DNA of 32,000 nt from Mycolicibacterium smegmatis (GCF_001457595.1 NZ_LN831039.1:90001-122000); one strand, 5' to 3'. Positions 17,941-26,818 are shown, numbered from the stretch's first letter. Notes: a model not told the origin generated them from the sequence alone. Translations and numbers: made by a program.

Positions 17941-19425
17941 AGGAATTGTCAATACCTGTGGATCGGGGTGTTTCAGGCGACCTCCGTTCCGGCGTGCTGA
18001 CCGCCGTCTGAGGGCGATGTTGGCGGGGTGATGTCGGTGGGTCGTTCGAGCAGTCTGCCTTTATGGAAGACCGCGCCGGCGCGGACCAGGGCGACCAGGT
18101 GTGGGGCGTTGACGGCACGCCAGCGGGCCGCGGCGGCGTCGATGAGCTTGTAGGCCATCGCTAGTCCGGCCGCTCGTGATCCGGGCCCCTTGGTGACCTT
18201 GGTCCTCAAACGCACTGTGGCAAAGGTGGATTCGATCGGATTCGTCGTTCGCAGATGAATCCAATGTTCGGCCGGATACTTGTAGAATTCCAGCAGCACA
18301 TCGAGGTCGTCGGTGATCTTAGCGACCGCCTTGGGATACTTCGCGCCGAAGTCGGCCTCGAAGGCCTTGACCGCGATCTGGGCCTTGTCGATATCCTCGG
18401 CGTTGTAGATCTCCTTGATCGCCGCCAGCGCCGACGGGTGCGCTGATTTCGGCAGTGCAGCAAGAACATTGGCCTGCTTATGAAACCAGCACCGCTGCTC
18501 TTTGGTGGCCGGGAAAACCTCGCGGACTGCTTTCCAGAACCCGAGCGCGCCATCGCCGATCGCGAGTACGGGGGCGGTCATGCCGCGGCGCTTGCAGTCG
18601 CGCAACAGATCGGCCCACGACTCGGCCGACTCGCGGTAGCCGTCGGTGATCGCCACGAGCTCCTTGCGGCCATCAGCACGCACGCCCAGCATCACCAGCA
18701 GACAGAGCTTTTCCTGGTCCAGCCGCACCTTGAGGTGAATGCCGTCGACCCACAGATACACGTAATCAGTGGCCGAGAGGTCGCGGGCCCCAAACGCGCG
18801 GGCCTCGTCTTGCCACTGCGCCGTGAGCCGGGTGATCGTGCTGGCCGACAGCCCAGCGCCGGAGCCGAGGAACTGCTCGAGGGCAGGGGTGAAATCGTTG
18901 CTCGACAGGCCGTGCAGGTACAGCAGCGGCAGTACCTCGCTCATCTGCGGCGACTTGCGCGCCCAGGCCGGCAGGATCGCCGAGGAGAACCGCTTGCGTT
19001 CACCGGTGTCGGGGTCGACACGGCGGTCGTTGACCCGCGGCGCTTTCACCTGCACCGCGCCGGCGGCGGTCAGCACCTCCCGGGGCTGGTGATAGCCGTT
19101 TCGCACCACCAACCGGTGACCGTTCTCGTCGAGTTGATCGGCGAACTGCGCCACGTAGGCGGCGACCTCGGCCTGCAACGCCGCGGCCAGCATCTGCCGG
19201 GCCCCGTCGCGGACGATCTCATCCAACAACGACCGACCAGCACCGCTGGCCTTGTCGTTGGCGTCCTCGGTGTCGTGAACTACGGTGAGCATGGGCGTAC
19301 CTTCCCAACCAGCGCGCCAACGCCGGTCTTGATCGAATACCTGATTCCGTGAAGATCATCCCCGGGAAGGTGCGCCCATCTTCACGCCCCCACACCGAGG
19401 CTCATCCACAGGTATTGATCATTGC
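17941..19425 (-). mobile_element. IS256-family element inserted in IS3 orfB
   Basis: TCGCGGCCCAAG occurs at 17929-17940 and 19426-19437. Internal inverted 15-mer TCAATACCTGTGGAT at 17949-17963 and complementary at 19404-19418. Exact ends uncertain by several bp. Confidence 0.8.
17973..19292 (-). CDS. IS256-family (mutator) transposase
   Basis: VRNGYHQPREVLTAAGAVQVKAPRVNDRR...LYLHGLSSNDFTPALEQFLG...YVYLWVDGIHLKVRL...KRRGMTAPVLAIGDGALGFWKAVREVFPATKEQRCWFHKQANVL...TTNPIESTFATVRLRTKVTKG. Confidence 0.95.
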   Translation of the reverse strand: MLTVVHDTEDANDKASGAGRSLLDEIVRDGARQMLAAALQAEVAAYVAQFADQLDENGHRLVVRNGYHQPREVLTAAGAVQVKAPRVNDRRVDPDTGERKRFSSAILPAWARKSPQMSEVLPLLYLHGLSSNDFTPALEQFLGSGAGLSASTITRLTAQWQDEARAFGARDLSATDYVYLWVDGIHLKVRLDQEKLCLLVMLGVRADGRKELVAITDGYRESAESWADLLRDCKRRGMTAPVLAIGDGALGFWKAVREVFPATKEQRCWFHKQANVLAALPKSAHPSALAAIKEIYNAEDIDKAQIAVKAFEADFGAKYPKAVAKITDDLDVLLEFYKYPAEHWIHLRTTNPIESTFATVRLRTKVTKGPGSRAAGLAMAYKLIDAAAARWRAVNAPHLVALVRAGAVFHKGRLLERPTDITPPTSPSDGGQHAGTEVA

Positions 19426-19437
19426 TCGCGGCCCAAG

Positions 19438-19790
19438 GTATCCAACGACAACCCCTACAGCGAGTCCTGGTTCAAGACCTTGAAGTATGCGCCGGCGTTC
19501 CCGGAACGCTTCGAATCCATCCATCACGCGAGGTCATGGACCGATTCGTGCAGTGGTACAACCATGAACACCGCCACAGCGGCATCGGGCTGCACACACC
19601 CGCCGATGTGTTCTACGGCCTCGCCGGCGGGAAAGACACCCAGCGCCGAGCCGTGCTCGCCGACGCCAGGGCGCGCCACCCACGCCGATTCGGCCGCGAC
19701 ACCGCACCCAAGGTCATCGACCTACCTGAATCCGCGGCGATCAACCCACCCAAACCGGCCGAACAGGAGACCGAAACGGAAGCCGCTTAA
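19438..19790 (+). pseudogene. IS3-family OrfB, 3' part, with an additional frameshift
   Basis: VSNDNPYSESWFKTLKYAPAFPERFESIHHA in one frame, then REVMDRFVQWYNHEHRHSGIGLHTPADVFYG in another, shifting near 19530. Confidence 0.85.
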
Positions 19791-20048
19791 CACCCACTGG
19801 ACTCAAACACCTTGACAAATTCCGAGGGGCCGTCTTTATCAGGCTGAAGGTGTGCCAGGGATAGTCGTAGAGGCATGACCCTCGCATGGGGTGGGTCCGG
19901 GCGCTGCTGTATCCAACGCCGATGACGTTGCGGAATTTGGCGTGTCCGTACTGCCATACCGACCGTTAAGCTGAGTGTGGCTAACGTTGCGCAGGTGGGT
20001 CGGACTACATCGCGGGTGCGCCACGGGTTCGTGTGAGGGGAAGGGCTA

Positions 20049-20852
20049 GTGGGATATCCCGAGTTCCGGGTCATAGAGGAGGCGATCGGATGGGATCCGG
20101 CCGAAGTGACGGTTCCCCCCTTGCCTGACAAGGCAGTCGCTGCGCCGGGTGGTGATCCGTTGAGCGCTCTAGTGGGCGCGGTGATGCCGAACCTCGCCAA
20201 CGACGTTAATAAGAAGGTTGCCGAAGCTCGGGCGCGAGAGGAAAGTTTCGCCTCGAACCTGAGTTCTGCTCGTACTGCATATCACGGGGCGGACAGCGCT
20301 GGTCAGGATCAAATCAATGCGGCGGCAGACCAGATTGACCCGGCCGATGCCTTTGGTGCCGGCGCTCCGGTGGAAAGTGCAAACGCTCTGTCATCGGGTG
20401 AGGGTGGTTTCAGCCAGCTCACCCAGTTGATGGGTATGGCGATGCAGGTGGGGCAGCAGGCGGCGCAGATGCCCATGGGCGCGGCGGGCACGATCGGACA
20501 GATGTCTCAGCCCCTGATACAAGGTGTCCAAAGCATCGTTCAACAGGCCGCGCAGGCATCGGAGGGCTCACGCCAAGGCGGTCAGGGCGAGGGCACGGGA
20601 GGAAGCTTTGATAGTGGGGTAGGCGCAGTGGCTCCTGAGTTGAAGCCTGAGGGCGGCAATCACGAGGAAAATGCGGCTGCCGACGGTGGCACGAGGCTTG
20701 ATGAGGAAAACGACCTGTCCGAGGATGCCGCTGGGGCAGATGTTGGTGAAGGGACGCCGGCGCCGGTTGATGCTCCGCTGGATTCGCAACATGTTGAACA
20801 GAAGCAACGACATCAAAGGATCGCGGAAGCCGCGCCGGAGGTCGCATTGTGA
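20049..20852 (+). CDS. EspJ-like ESX-1 associated protein, copy B
   Basis: MGYPEFRVIEEAIGWDPAEVTVPPLPD...ARTAYHGADSAGQDQINAAADQIDPADAFGAG, paralog of 5245-6042. Confidence 0.6.
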   Translation: MGYPEFRVIEEAIGWDPAEVTVPPLPDKAVAAPGGDPLSALVGAVMPNLANDVNKKVAEARAREESFASNLSSARTAYHGADSAGQDQINAAADQIDPADAFGAGAPVESANALSSGEGGFSQLTQLMGMAMQVGQQAAQMPMGAAGTIGQMSQPLIQGVQSIVQQAAQASEGSRQGGQGEGTGGSFDSGVGAVAPELKPEGGNHEENAAADGGTRLDEENDLSEDAAGADVGEGTPAPVDAPLDSQHVEQKQRHQRIAEAAPEVAL

Positions 20853-20911
20853 GTAACGGTGGAGGTATTGGGTTGCGCCATAAAGGTATTGGTACGGAGG
20901 TTCATCGGTGA
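20849..20911 (+). other. Possible 20-codon micro-ORF coupling the espJ-like gene and membrane paralog 5
   Basis: GTGAGTAACGGTGGAGGTATTGGGTTGCGCCATAAAGGTATTGGTACGGAGGTTCATCGGTGA; 4-nt GTGA overlaps both neighbours. Confidence 0.35.
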
Positions 20912-22059
20912 GCTTTTCTCCTCCTCCTCCTCCTCCTCCTCCTCCTCCCGGTTCCGTGCCGCCTCCGAACGGCTTCCAGCCGCCGCAAGGCGGGCTGAGT
21001 GGACATGGATACCCTGCTGATGCTTGGCAACAACCTCCGAGGTCTCCGAAGCGGGGCAACGGATGGAAGTGGATCTTGGGCGGAGTAGCACTGGTCGTCG
21101 TGATCGGAGTGACGGCAGCTGTGACGTTGTCGATCGCTAACAGGGGCCCTGGGAACAATGGGTCGAGTTCAAGCGCGCCATCGCCTTCGGTTAATGAGAC
21201 AGCTAGCGCAGAAGTCGCCAGCGCCGACGACACCGGACCCGTCTCTGTAATCACCGACGATCCGTCGTGTGCAGCGCAGCAGCCCATTCTCGATACGTAC
21301 GCGAGAGCATCCCAAAATGGTTGGCAGGACAGGGATCCCAATATTCCTCGCGCTAGCTGGACGCCCGAGGTGCGTACGCAGTATGAAGAAGCTGCGCAGG
21401 CGATGAAAAACGCCGCCGACCAGTTAGTGCCAATCGCTAAACTAACGCCGCACCGGGTGATGCGGGAACTATACGAACAATTCATCGCTTATGCGCGTGC
21501 CTATGCTTCGGCTGTACCGAATTACGACCCTATTGACGATAACATGGCCATCGTTGCTAACGCGACAGGCGACGCCATAACCTTTATATGTGCCGCGATC
21601 CAAAATGGTTCCGCGGGGGCCCGCGGTCCTCTAGTCGAGAAGATCCCAAGCCAGTCCTTCATCCAGTCGGATATAGACATCGAGAACCCCAGCCGATTTC
21701 TGCTGGAAACTAATCCAGCCTGTTCCACCTTGGATTCTGCGCTGGCCAGCTTCCAGGCTGATACGTCGGCGTGGCTGGAAACCGATCCAGGGATTCCCGC
21801 GAGCGACTGGTCACCAGAACAAAGGGAACGGAATGAGCAGGTAGCCCCTGTGATGCGGCGGTTCGCAACTCAACTGCAATCGGTTGGCAGACAAAGTGAC
21901 AACGCAGTTTTTCGTGATTTCGCGTATCTTTCAGCGCAGTATCGGAAAGCTTACGTCTCGGCTCTGCCAAGTTATGTGCCAGCGGATCGGTACCTTGCCA
22001 CCGTGTCGCTGCGCCTGGCAGGAGCGTTAAGCGCGGCATGCTCGGCAGCGGGAGCTTGA
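20908..22059 (+). CDS. Membrane-anchored two-repeat protein, paralog 5 (with poly-Pro run)
   Basis: MSFSPPPPPPPPPPGSVPPPNGFQPP...GNGWKWILGGVALVVVIGVTAAVTLSI...DPSCAAQQ...HRVMRELYEQFIAYARAYASAVPNY...FICAAI...NPACSTL...IPASDWSPEQRERN...LSAACSAAGA. Confidence 0.85.
   Translation: MSFSPPPPPPPPPPGSVPPPNGFQPPQGGLSGHGYPADAWQQPPRSPKRGNGWKWILGGVALVVVIGVTAAVTLSIANRGPGNNGSSSSAPSPSVNETASAEVASADDTGPVSVITDDPSCAAQQPILDTYARASQNGWQDRDPNIPRASWTPEVRTQYEEAAQAMKNAADQLVPIAKLTPHRVMRELYEQFIAYARAYASAVPNYDPIDDNMAIVANATGDAITFICAAIQNGSAGARGPLVEKIPSQSFIQSDIDIENPSRFLLETNPACSTLDSALASFQADTSAWLETDPGIPASDWSPEQRERNEQVAPVMRRFATQLQSVGRQSDNAVFRDFAYLSAQYRKAYVSALPSYVPADRYLATVSLRLAGALSAACSAAGA
20920..20946 (+). repeat. In-frame (CCT)9 trinucleotide tract encoding poly-Pro
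   Basis: TCT followed by nine CCT codons then CCC; the inverted paralog has only four CCT codons (14905-14916). Confidence 0.9.
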
Positions 22060-22116
22060 CCGATTTCAGGATCGCGTTCTGGGTTGAAACTCTGGTTTAC
22101 GAGGTGACAGGCACGG

Positions 22117-23832
22117 ATGGGGTCAAAGCAGCCTGATGATAGTGAGTACGGTGGCCAGACCGTTACTGGAGCAGCGTGGCCACACATCGATGAAGAGCTA
22201 ATCGGTATCGCAGCAGATTCCTTCGGAGACCTCGCTATCAATCTGCGGGACAACGTCATTCCATCTGCTGGTCGCCAGCGAATGAGACTGTCCGACTTCT
22301 GGGAAGGCAACGGCGCTGAAGCGGCATTAGAAGAAGCTTCGAAAATAATCGATTATCATGAGCTTAGCCAGGCCGCCGCCGAGCGGGTGAAGGCTCGATT
22401 AAAGCTCATCGAGAAAAAAATCGCAGATACAAAAGACTTGGTAAATTCCACCGCCCGTCGTGTTCAGAAGATCTGCGAAGACATTCAGAACGAGGGATTC
22501 CCTTCTATCCCATTCAGGGACACTCGCTCAGAGAGAATTGACGACGAGATACTGAAAGGGCTAGAGGAAAACATCGGCCACGTTTCCGATGCCGCAATTT
22601 CTCTAGCGCAGCATCTGCATGTGCCATCCGGGACGCCTGGTGCTGACGGAAAGGTGCCGGATAACACCCCCGAAACGAGACCGCCCAAGTCTCATGACAC
22701 ACAGGACGGTGTCGTCCACCCGATCAACAAGTTCACGGCTCCGAGTCCGAACTATCCAGCTTCACCACCACCCGGAAAGGGGCAGGACGGTGTTATTCGT
22801 CCGGAGAGCAAGAGTCCCGGCCCGGCCCCCGTTGAAGGCGGGCCTCCCACACCTGCTCCGAAGGCACAGCAGGACGGAGACGTAGCTCCGCGACAGAAAC
22901 AGGAGGCACCGGTCCCGGCACCTGGGGTCCCGTCAAATCAGGCCCCTCAGCCAAGTTCTCCTGCTGGTCCGGTGTCGCCAGGCTCGCCGGCCGCTCCCGC
23001 GCCTACAAGCAGCGGTGGCGGACCAAAGAACCCTTCGCTGACAGGACTTTCGGGGACGTCAGAGTCGCCCGCATCGCCAAGTACGCCAGCGCCGACAAGC
23101 AATCCAGCGGCATCAGGTCTCCAGCCAAAGACTCCCTTGGAGCAGTTCCAAAAAGGACTTTCGGATTCAGCAAAGACAAGTGGGTCGCCACAGACGCTGT
23201 CATCTACGCCGTCACAGCCGCTCGGTGGACCGCCCACGACACAGCCACTCGGGGCTGCACCGCCAACAGCAGGTCCTGCCGCACCACCCGGTGCTGGCGG
23301 ACCTCCAGCACCGGTCGCGCAGGCAGCAGGTGGACCTGGCGGCGGGGCTGGGCCAGCACCTGTGGCGCCACCCCCAAGCGGAGGTGTCCCAGGTGGGGCG
23401 GTCCCGTTGGGACCTCCACCGACTCCTCCACTAGCGGCGCCTGTGACGACGCCGTCGCCGGCGGCCGGTCCGCCTGTTGCTCCCACGGGTGCGGCAGCTG
23501 GTGCGGCCGGTGGTGGAGGTGCACAGGTCGCGCCGATTCCGGTGTCGGCGGCACGAGCCGAACGCGACCTTGCCCAACGAGCGGTTCGACGGTCGGGCGT
23601 GGATCCGATGGAGACTGCGCGCAGGATTGCAGCCGCGCTGAACGCCCCTGGGATGACCAACGTCGAGGATTTCAAGTTCTTCTGGGTCACAGGCCTCACG
23701 ACCGACGGAAAGATCGTCGTCGCCAACAACTACGGAATTGCCTACATCCCTCAGCAGGTGCATTTGCCTGAACAGGTGCATATGGCATCTGCCGATGGGC
23801 CGAACACAACGGGAAGACCTTGCGCGCAGTGA
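22117..23832 (+). CDS. espK: EspK N-terminal and central region, copy B (split gene)
   Basis: VTGAAWPHIDEELIGIAADSFGDL, WEGNG motif, Pro-rich middle; shares the last ~170 codons and frameshifted tail with copy A. Confidence 0.85.
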   Translation: MGSKQPDDSEYGGQTVTGAAWPHIDEELIGIAADSFGDLAINLRDNVIPSAGRQRMRLSDFWEGNGAEAALEEASKIIDYHELSQAAAERVKARLKLIEKKIADTKDLVNSTARRVQKICEDIQNEGFPSIPFRDTRSERIDDEILKGLEENIGHVSDAAISLAQHLHVPSGTPGADGKVPDNTPETRPPKSHDTQDGVVHPINKFTAPSPNYPASPPPGKGQDGVIRPESKSPGPAPVEGGPPTPAPKAQQDGDVAPRQKQEAPVPAPGVPSNQAPQPSSPAGPVSPGSPAAPAPTSSGGGPKNPSLTGLSGTSESPASPSTPAPTSNPAASGLQPKTPLEQFQKGLSDSAKTSGSPQTLSSTPSQPLGGPPTTQPLGAAPPTAGPAAPPGAGGPPAPVAQAAGGPGGGAGPAPVAPPPSGGVPGGAVPLGPPPTPPLAAPVTTPSPAAGPPVAPTGAAAGAAGGGGAQVAPIPVSAARAERDLAQRAVRRSGVDPMETARRIAAALNAPGMTNVEDFKFFWVTGLTTDGKIVVANNYGIAYIPQQVHLPEQVHMASADGPNTTGRPCAQ

Positions 23833-25346
23833 TCGCGACGGAGGATCAGCTGAAGAACTCGGATGCCGGCGTGCACCACGAGGTTTTGAAGCCTGAGGAC
23901 ATCCCTGAGAGCGGCAAGATGGCTGGTCGCGATCGCCTGCAGGTGATCGCTCCGGATGTGAGCTCGCAGTTGGCGCGGATCAGCGACACCGACCTGGTGA
24001 GCGTCCTACCGCCGGCGCCCGCTGATTCGAATCCGCCAGAAGACCGTCGGAAATCGTTGTGGGACAATGTCTGGAAGCCGTTGGCAAGTCGTTCCGCGAA
24101 GCGAGGGGAGAGGCACCTGACGGCCTTCGTGGCGTACGCGTCACACGCCCAGGAACACGCGCTTTACGCAGCACACACGGCAGCGCTCCCTGATGAGCAG
24201 CGGCAGGCGATCCGCGAGTTCATCTATTGGCAGCACGTCGGCCAATTGACGGCCGACGCCTTGGCCCCCGCGTGACGGTGCCAGTGATTCGACACGGAAA
24301 GCTGTTGCGCGCCGGTCGGGAAATTGACGCAAAACGCTCGGCCGAGTCGACCTTATGATTGCCTACGGAACACAACCGGGCGAGTTGGTGTTGACGGCAG
24401 CTGTTTGCGGGGGTGGCTTTGGATTCGCCAGTTTCGCGAATCTTCTGCCGCATCCGGTGTAGCGGACGCAGGGAGGGTGATCGGCTATGAGCGAGGAGTT
24501 GCAGTATGAGCTCCCAGGGCTGGAACGAAAAGCCCATGAATGCGAGTCGACTCGTCCCGAGGGCCCCGGCGACGCGACGAAGCCAGACGAACTCGCCACC
24601 ACCGCGAGTGTCTATAGCAAGCTCATGGTGTCTGCCGCCAAACTGAAAGCGACGTTTGCAGCGGGAGACCGCGAGGGCGAGCGTATTGCGGCCGCCATCC
24701 GCGCCGCGGCGGGCGCCTACCAGAAGATCGAAGAGCAGAAGGCTGCCGAACTGAACCGTCAGATGAATGGCAGCGACGCCCCGCAGCCTGCGGCCGAGGC
24801 GGTGGTCCCTGACATGTCCGGTATCCCTGGCCCGTTGACCATCCCGTCCATGGAATACCCATCTGCTGCGGCTGCCGCGGACGAAATGGATTGGGAGGCA
24901 GCCGCGAGGATCATACATAGCGGCGATACGCAGGCCCTGTCGATGAAGTACTTCCGAGATCAGTGGCGGGACTATCAGTCCACGCTGGAGGGCCACGGGC
25001 GGCATTTTGCGAACCCGGCGGAAGGTTGGTCGGGCGCAGCCGCAGAAACCTGTGCTGAGGCTCAGCGGAGACTGTCGACGTGGTGGGCTGATATGGGTGC
25101 GGAGTGTGGCCGTCTGGCCCAAGAGGCCACGACATTTGTCGATGCGCACGACAAGTTGGTCGCGAACCACCCCACCTTGGAAAACGTCAGAGAATTCGAG
25201 GAAACAGAGTGGGCGTCTGAGTGGGATCGGCAAAACGCCTGGGCGATGCTGCAGGAGCAGTCGGAGGACGCGCTCGAGGCTTACGCAAACGGCAGCCAAA
25301 TCCAAGAAATCCGTCCAGGGAAACCGCCGTCGATCGGTGGCCTTCC
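23305..25346 (+). repeat. Direct near-identical repeat, copy B (partner 8476-10517)
   Basis: See copy A. Confidence 0.9.
23820..24275 (+). CDS. EspK C-terminal region, copy B (separate frame)
   Basis: Same 151-aa protein as 8991-9446. Confidence 0.8.
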   Translation: MRAVIATEDQLKNSDAGVHHEVLKPEDIPESGKMAGRDRLQVIAPDVSSQLARISDTDLVSVLPPAPADSNPPEDRRKSLWDNVWKPLASRSAKRGERHLTAFVAYASHAQEHALYAAHTAALPDEQRQAIREFIYWQHVGQLTADALAPA

Positions 25347-26052
25347 TGCAGTGAATGACGGTGATGTCCAGGCGAGTCCGACCTCCGCGCCCGGCGGACC
25401 TGGAGGACCCGGCAGCGGCACACCCGGCGGCGGTGGAGCCGGCGGTGGTGGCGGCACCCCTGAGATGCCGGAACTGCCGTCGACAGACCCGTCGATGTCG
25501 CCGATGAGCGCGAATTCCGCAGGGGAAGAGCAGTCTTCGGGCTCACCGTCCAGCGGCGGCTCGTCGTCCGGTGGTTCGCCATCTGGCGGTTCGCCTTCAG
25601 GTGGCGGTGCGCCGTCCGGTAGCGGGATGCCGAGCGGTGGCCTTCCGTCAGACATGCCGGGCGGCCCTGAGATCCCCGGTCTCGACGATCCCAGCCTGAA
25701 CCCGGCCAGCGCCGGTGGTGGCGGCGGAGGGGGTGTCGGTGGCGGTGGTGGTGGAATGCCTGCTGCGCCACTCGGTCCCGCCGTCGGCGCGGACTCGGTG
25801 TCACCGTCGCCGTCGAGTACCCGTGGTGGTGGCGTCGGAGTTCCGGGCGGCCCCGGCGGTGGTGCGGGCGGCATGATGGGTGGCGGCATGGGTGGTATGG
25901 GCGCCGGTCACGGTCAAGGCCAGGGCAAGGAAAAGAAGCGCGACCCGAAGCTTGCTCCGGATGAGGACCTCTACACGGAGGACCGCGCTCACACCGAAGG
26001 CGTCATTGGTCATCGCGCGCGCCGGGAGAAGGACAGTGGAAAGCAGCAGTAG
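24487..26052 (+). CDS. espB: ESX-1 secreted protein EspB, copy B
   Basis: N-terminal ~285 aa identical to copy A; Gly/Ser/Pro-rich C-terminal half diverged. Confidence 0.8.
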   Translation: MSEELQYELPGLERKAHECESTRPEGPGDATKPDELATTASVYSKLMVSAAKLKATFAAGDREGERIAAAIRAAAGAYQKIEEQKAAELNRQMNGSDAPQPAAEAVVPDMSGIPGPLTIPSMEYPSAAAAADEMDWEAAARIIHSGDTQALSMKYFRDQWRDYQSTLEGHGRHFANPAEGWSGAAAETCAEAQRRLSTWWADMGAECGRLAQEATTFVDAHDKLVANHPTLENVREFEETEWASEWDRQNAWAMLQEQSEDALEAYANGSQIQEIRPGKPPSIGGLPAVNDGDVQASPTSAPGGPGGPGSGTPGGGGAGGGGGTPEMPELPSTDPSMSPMSANSAGEEQSSGSPSSGGSSSGGSPSGGSPSGGGAPSGSGMPSGGLPSDMPGGPEIPGLDDPSLNPASAGGGGGGGVGGGGGGMPAAPLGPAVGADSVSPSPSSTRGGGVGVPGGPGGGAGGMMGGGMGGMGAGHGQGQGKEKKRDPKLAPDEDLYTEDRAHTEGVIGHRARREKDSGKQQ

Positions 26053-26146
26053 GAACCGTGATCAGACCAGTGCGCTACGAAACATGTTCAAAGCACGTGG
26101 GTTTGGGAGCGCCAGGAGAGCAGCAGCGAGTACGTATGTGCGGTGA

Positions 26147-26455
26147 GTGTTAGGGTTCGACGTGCTTGCCGCCACACGTACATATCTTCTGCTCGGCTTC
26201 TTTGTCTTGTGCGGAGCATGGATTCTGCAGGCGACGTCACACGGCGTTCTCGTCACTGTCGCAATTGTCGCGCTGTATGTGATCGGAATCGGGCTGATAG
26301 TGGTCGGTTGTCACTACTACCGGCAGCTTCCTTGGCCGGAACCCCAAAGGTATAAAAAGGTCGGGGCTCCGCTTGCGGTGTTCGGTTGGATCGTGATCGC
26401 AATCAATCTTGGGGCGTTCGTCGTCTTTCTTGTTTCGGAATATCTACTGAAATGA
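26147..26455 (+). CDS. Small membrane protein, copy B
   Basis: 102 aa paralog of 11325-11633. Confidence 0.7.
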   Translation: MLGFDVLAATRTYLLLGFFVLCGAWILQATSHGVLVTVAIVALYVIGIGLIVVGCHYYRQLPWPEPQRYKKVGAPLAVFGWIVIAINLGAFVVFLVSEYLLK

Positions 26456-26467
26456 ACGGGCGGCGCT

Positions 26468-26785
26468 TCAGCTGCCGTGCATTTCGCCGTCGAGGTCACC
26501 CGCCTTGGCCGCATCCGTGCGCTCATAATTGGTGGCTGCTTCGTCCAACTTCTCGGCAAGTGACGTAGAAACGCCCTGCATAGCCGCTGCCGCCGCGTCA
26601 CGTGAAAAGCCAGCGGCACCGATCGCCGCAATGGTGGGCGCGCACACAGGACCGTGGGTCACTGTGACCAAGGCGGTCGTATTGTTCGTGGCCTGCGCTG
26701 CCGTCGCGATGTTCTCAACGATCTGCCGCTGACGTTCCGACAGTTCACGCAGCGCTGCTGCCGTTACTTTCAGATCACCGCTCAC
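26468..26785 (-). CDS. EspC-like ESX-1 secretion-associated protein
   Basis: MSGDLKVTAAALRELSERQRQIVENI...GPVCAPTIAAI...NYERTDAAKAGDLDGEMHGS; size and YxxxD motif fit the EspC/EspF family. Confidence 0.75.
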   Translation of the reverse strand: MSGDLKVTAAALRELSERQRQIVENIATAAQATNNTTALVTVTHGPVCAPTIAAIGAAGFSRDAAAAAMQGVSTSLAEKLDEAATNYERTDAAKAGDLDGEMHGS

Positions 26786-26818
26786 CGGGAGTCCCTTTCG
26801 TCGAGCCTCGGTACTTCA

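Larger units (their letters stand above)
15110..19817 (+). mobile_element. IS3-family element broken up by nested IS1380-family and IS256-family insertions
   Basis: Left end TGTCAGGGTGAGTTGAGTCCACTGG and reverse-complemented right end TGTCAAGGTGTTTGAGTCCAGTGGG form an imperfect IR, with orfA and split orfB between them. Confidence 0.75.

Noticed and set aside
17929-19437. 12-bp repeat TCGCGGCCCAAG considered as a phage or integrative-element att site
   Set aside because: The intervening DNA is a single IS256-family element inserted in an IS3 orfB, with no integrase or tRNA nearby.
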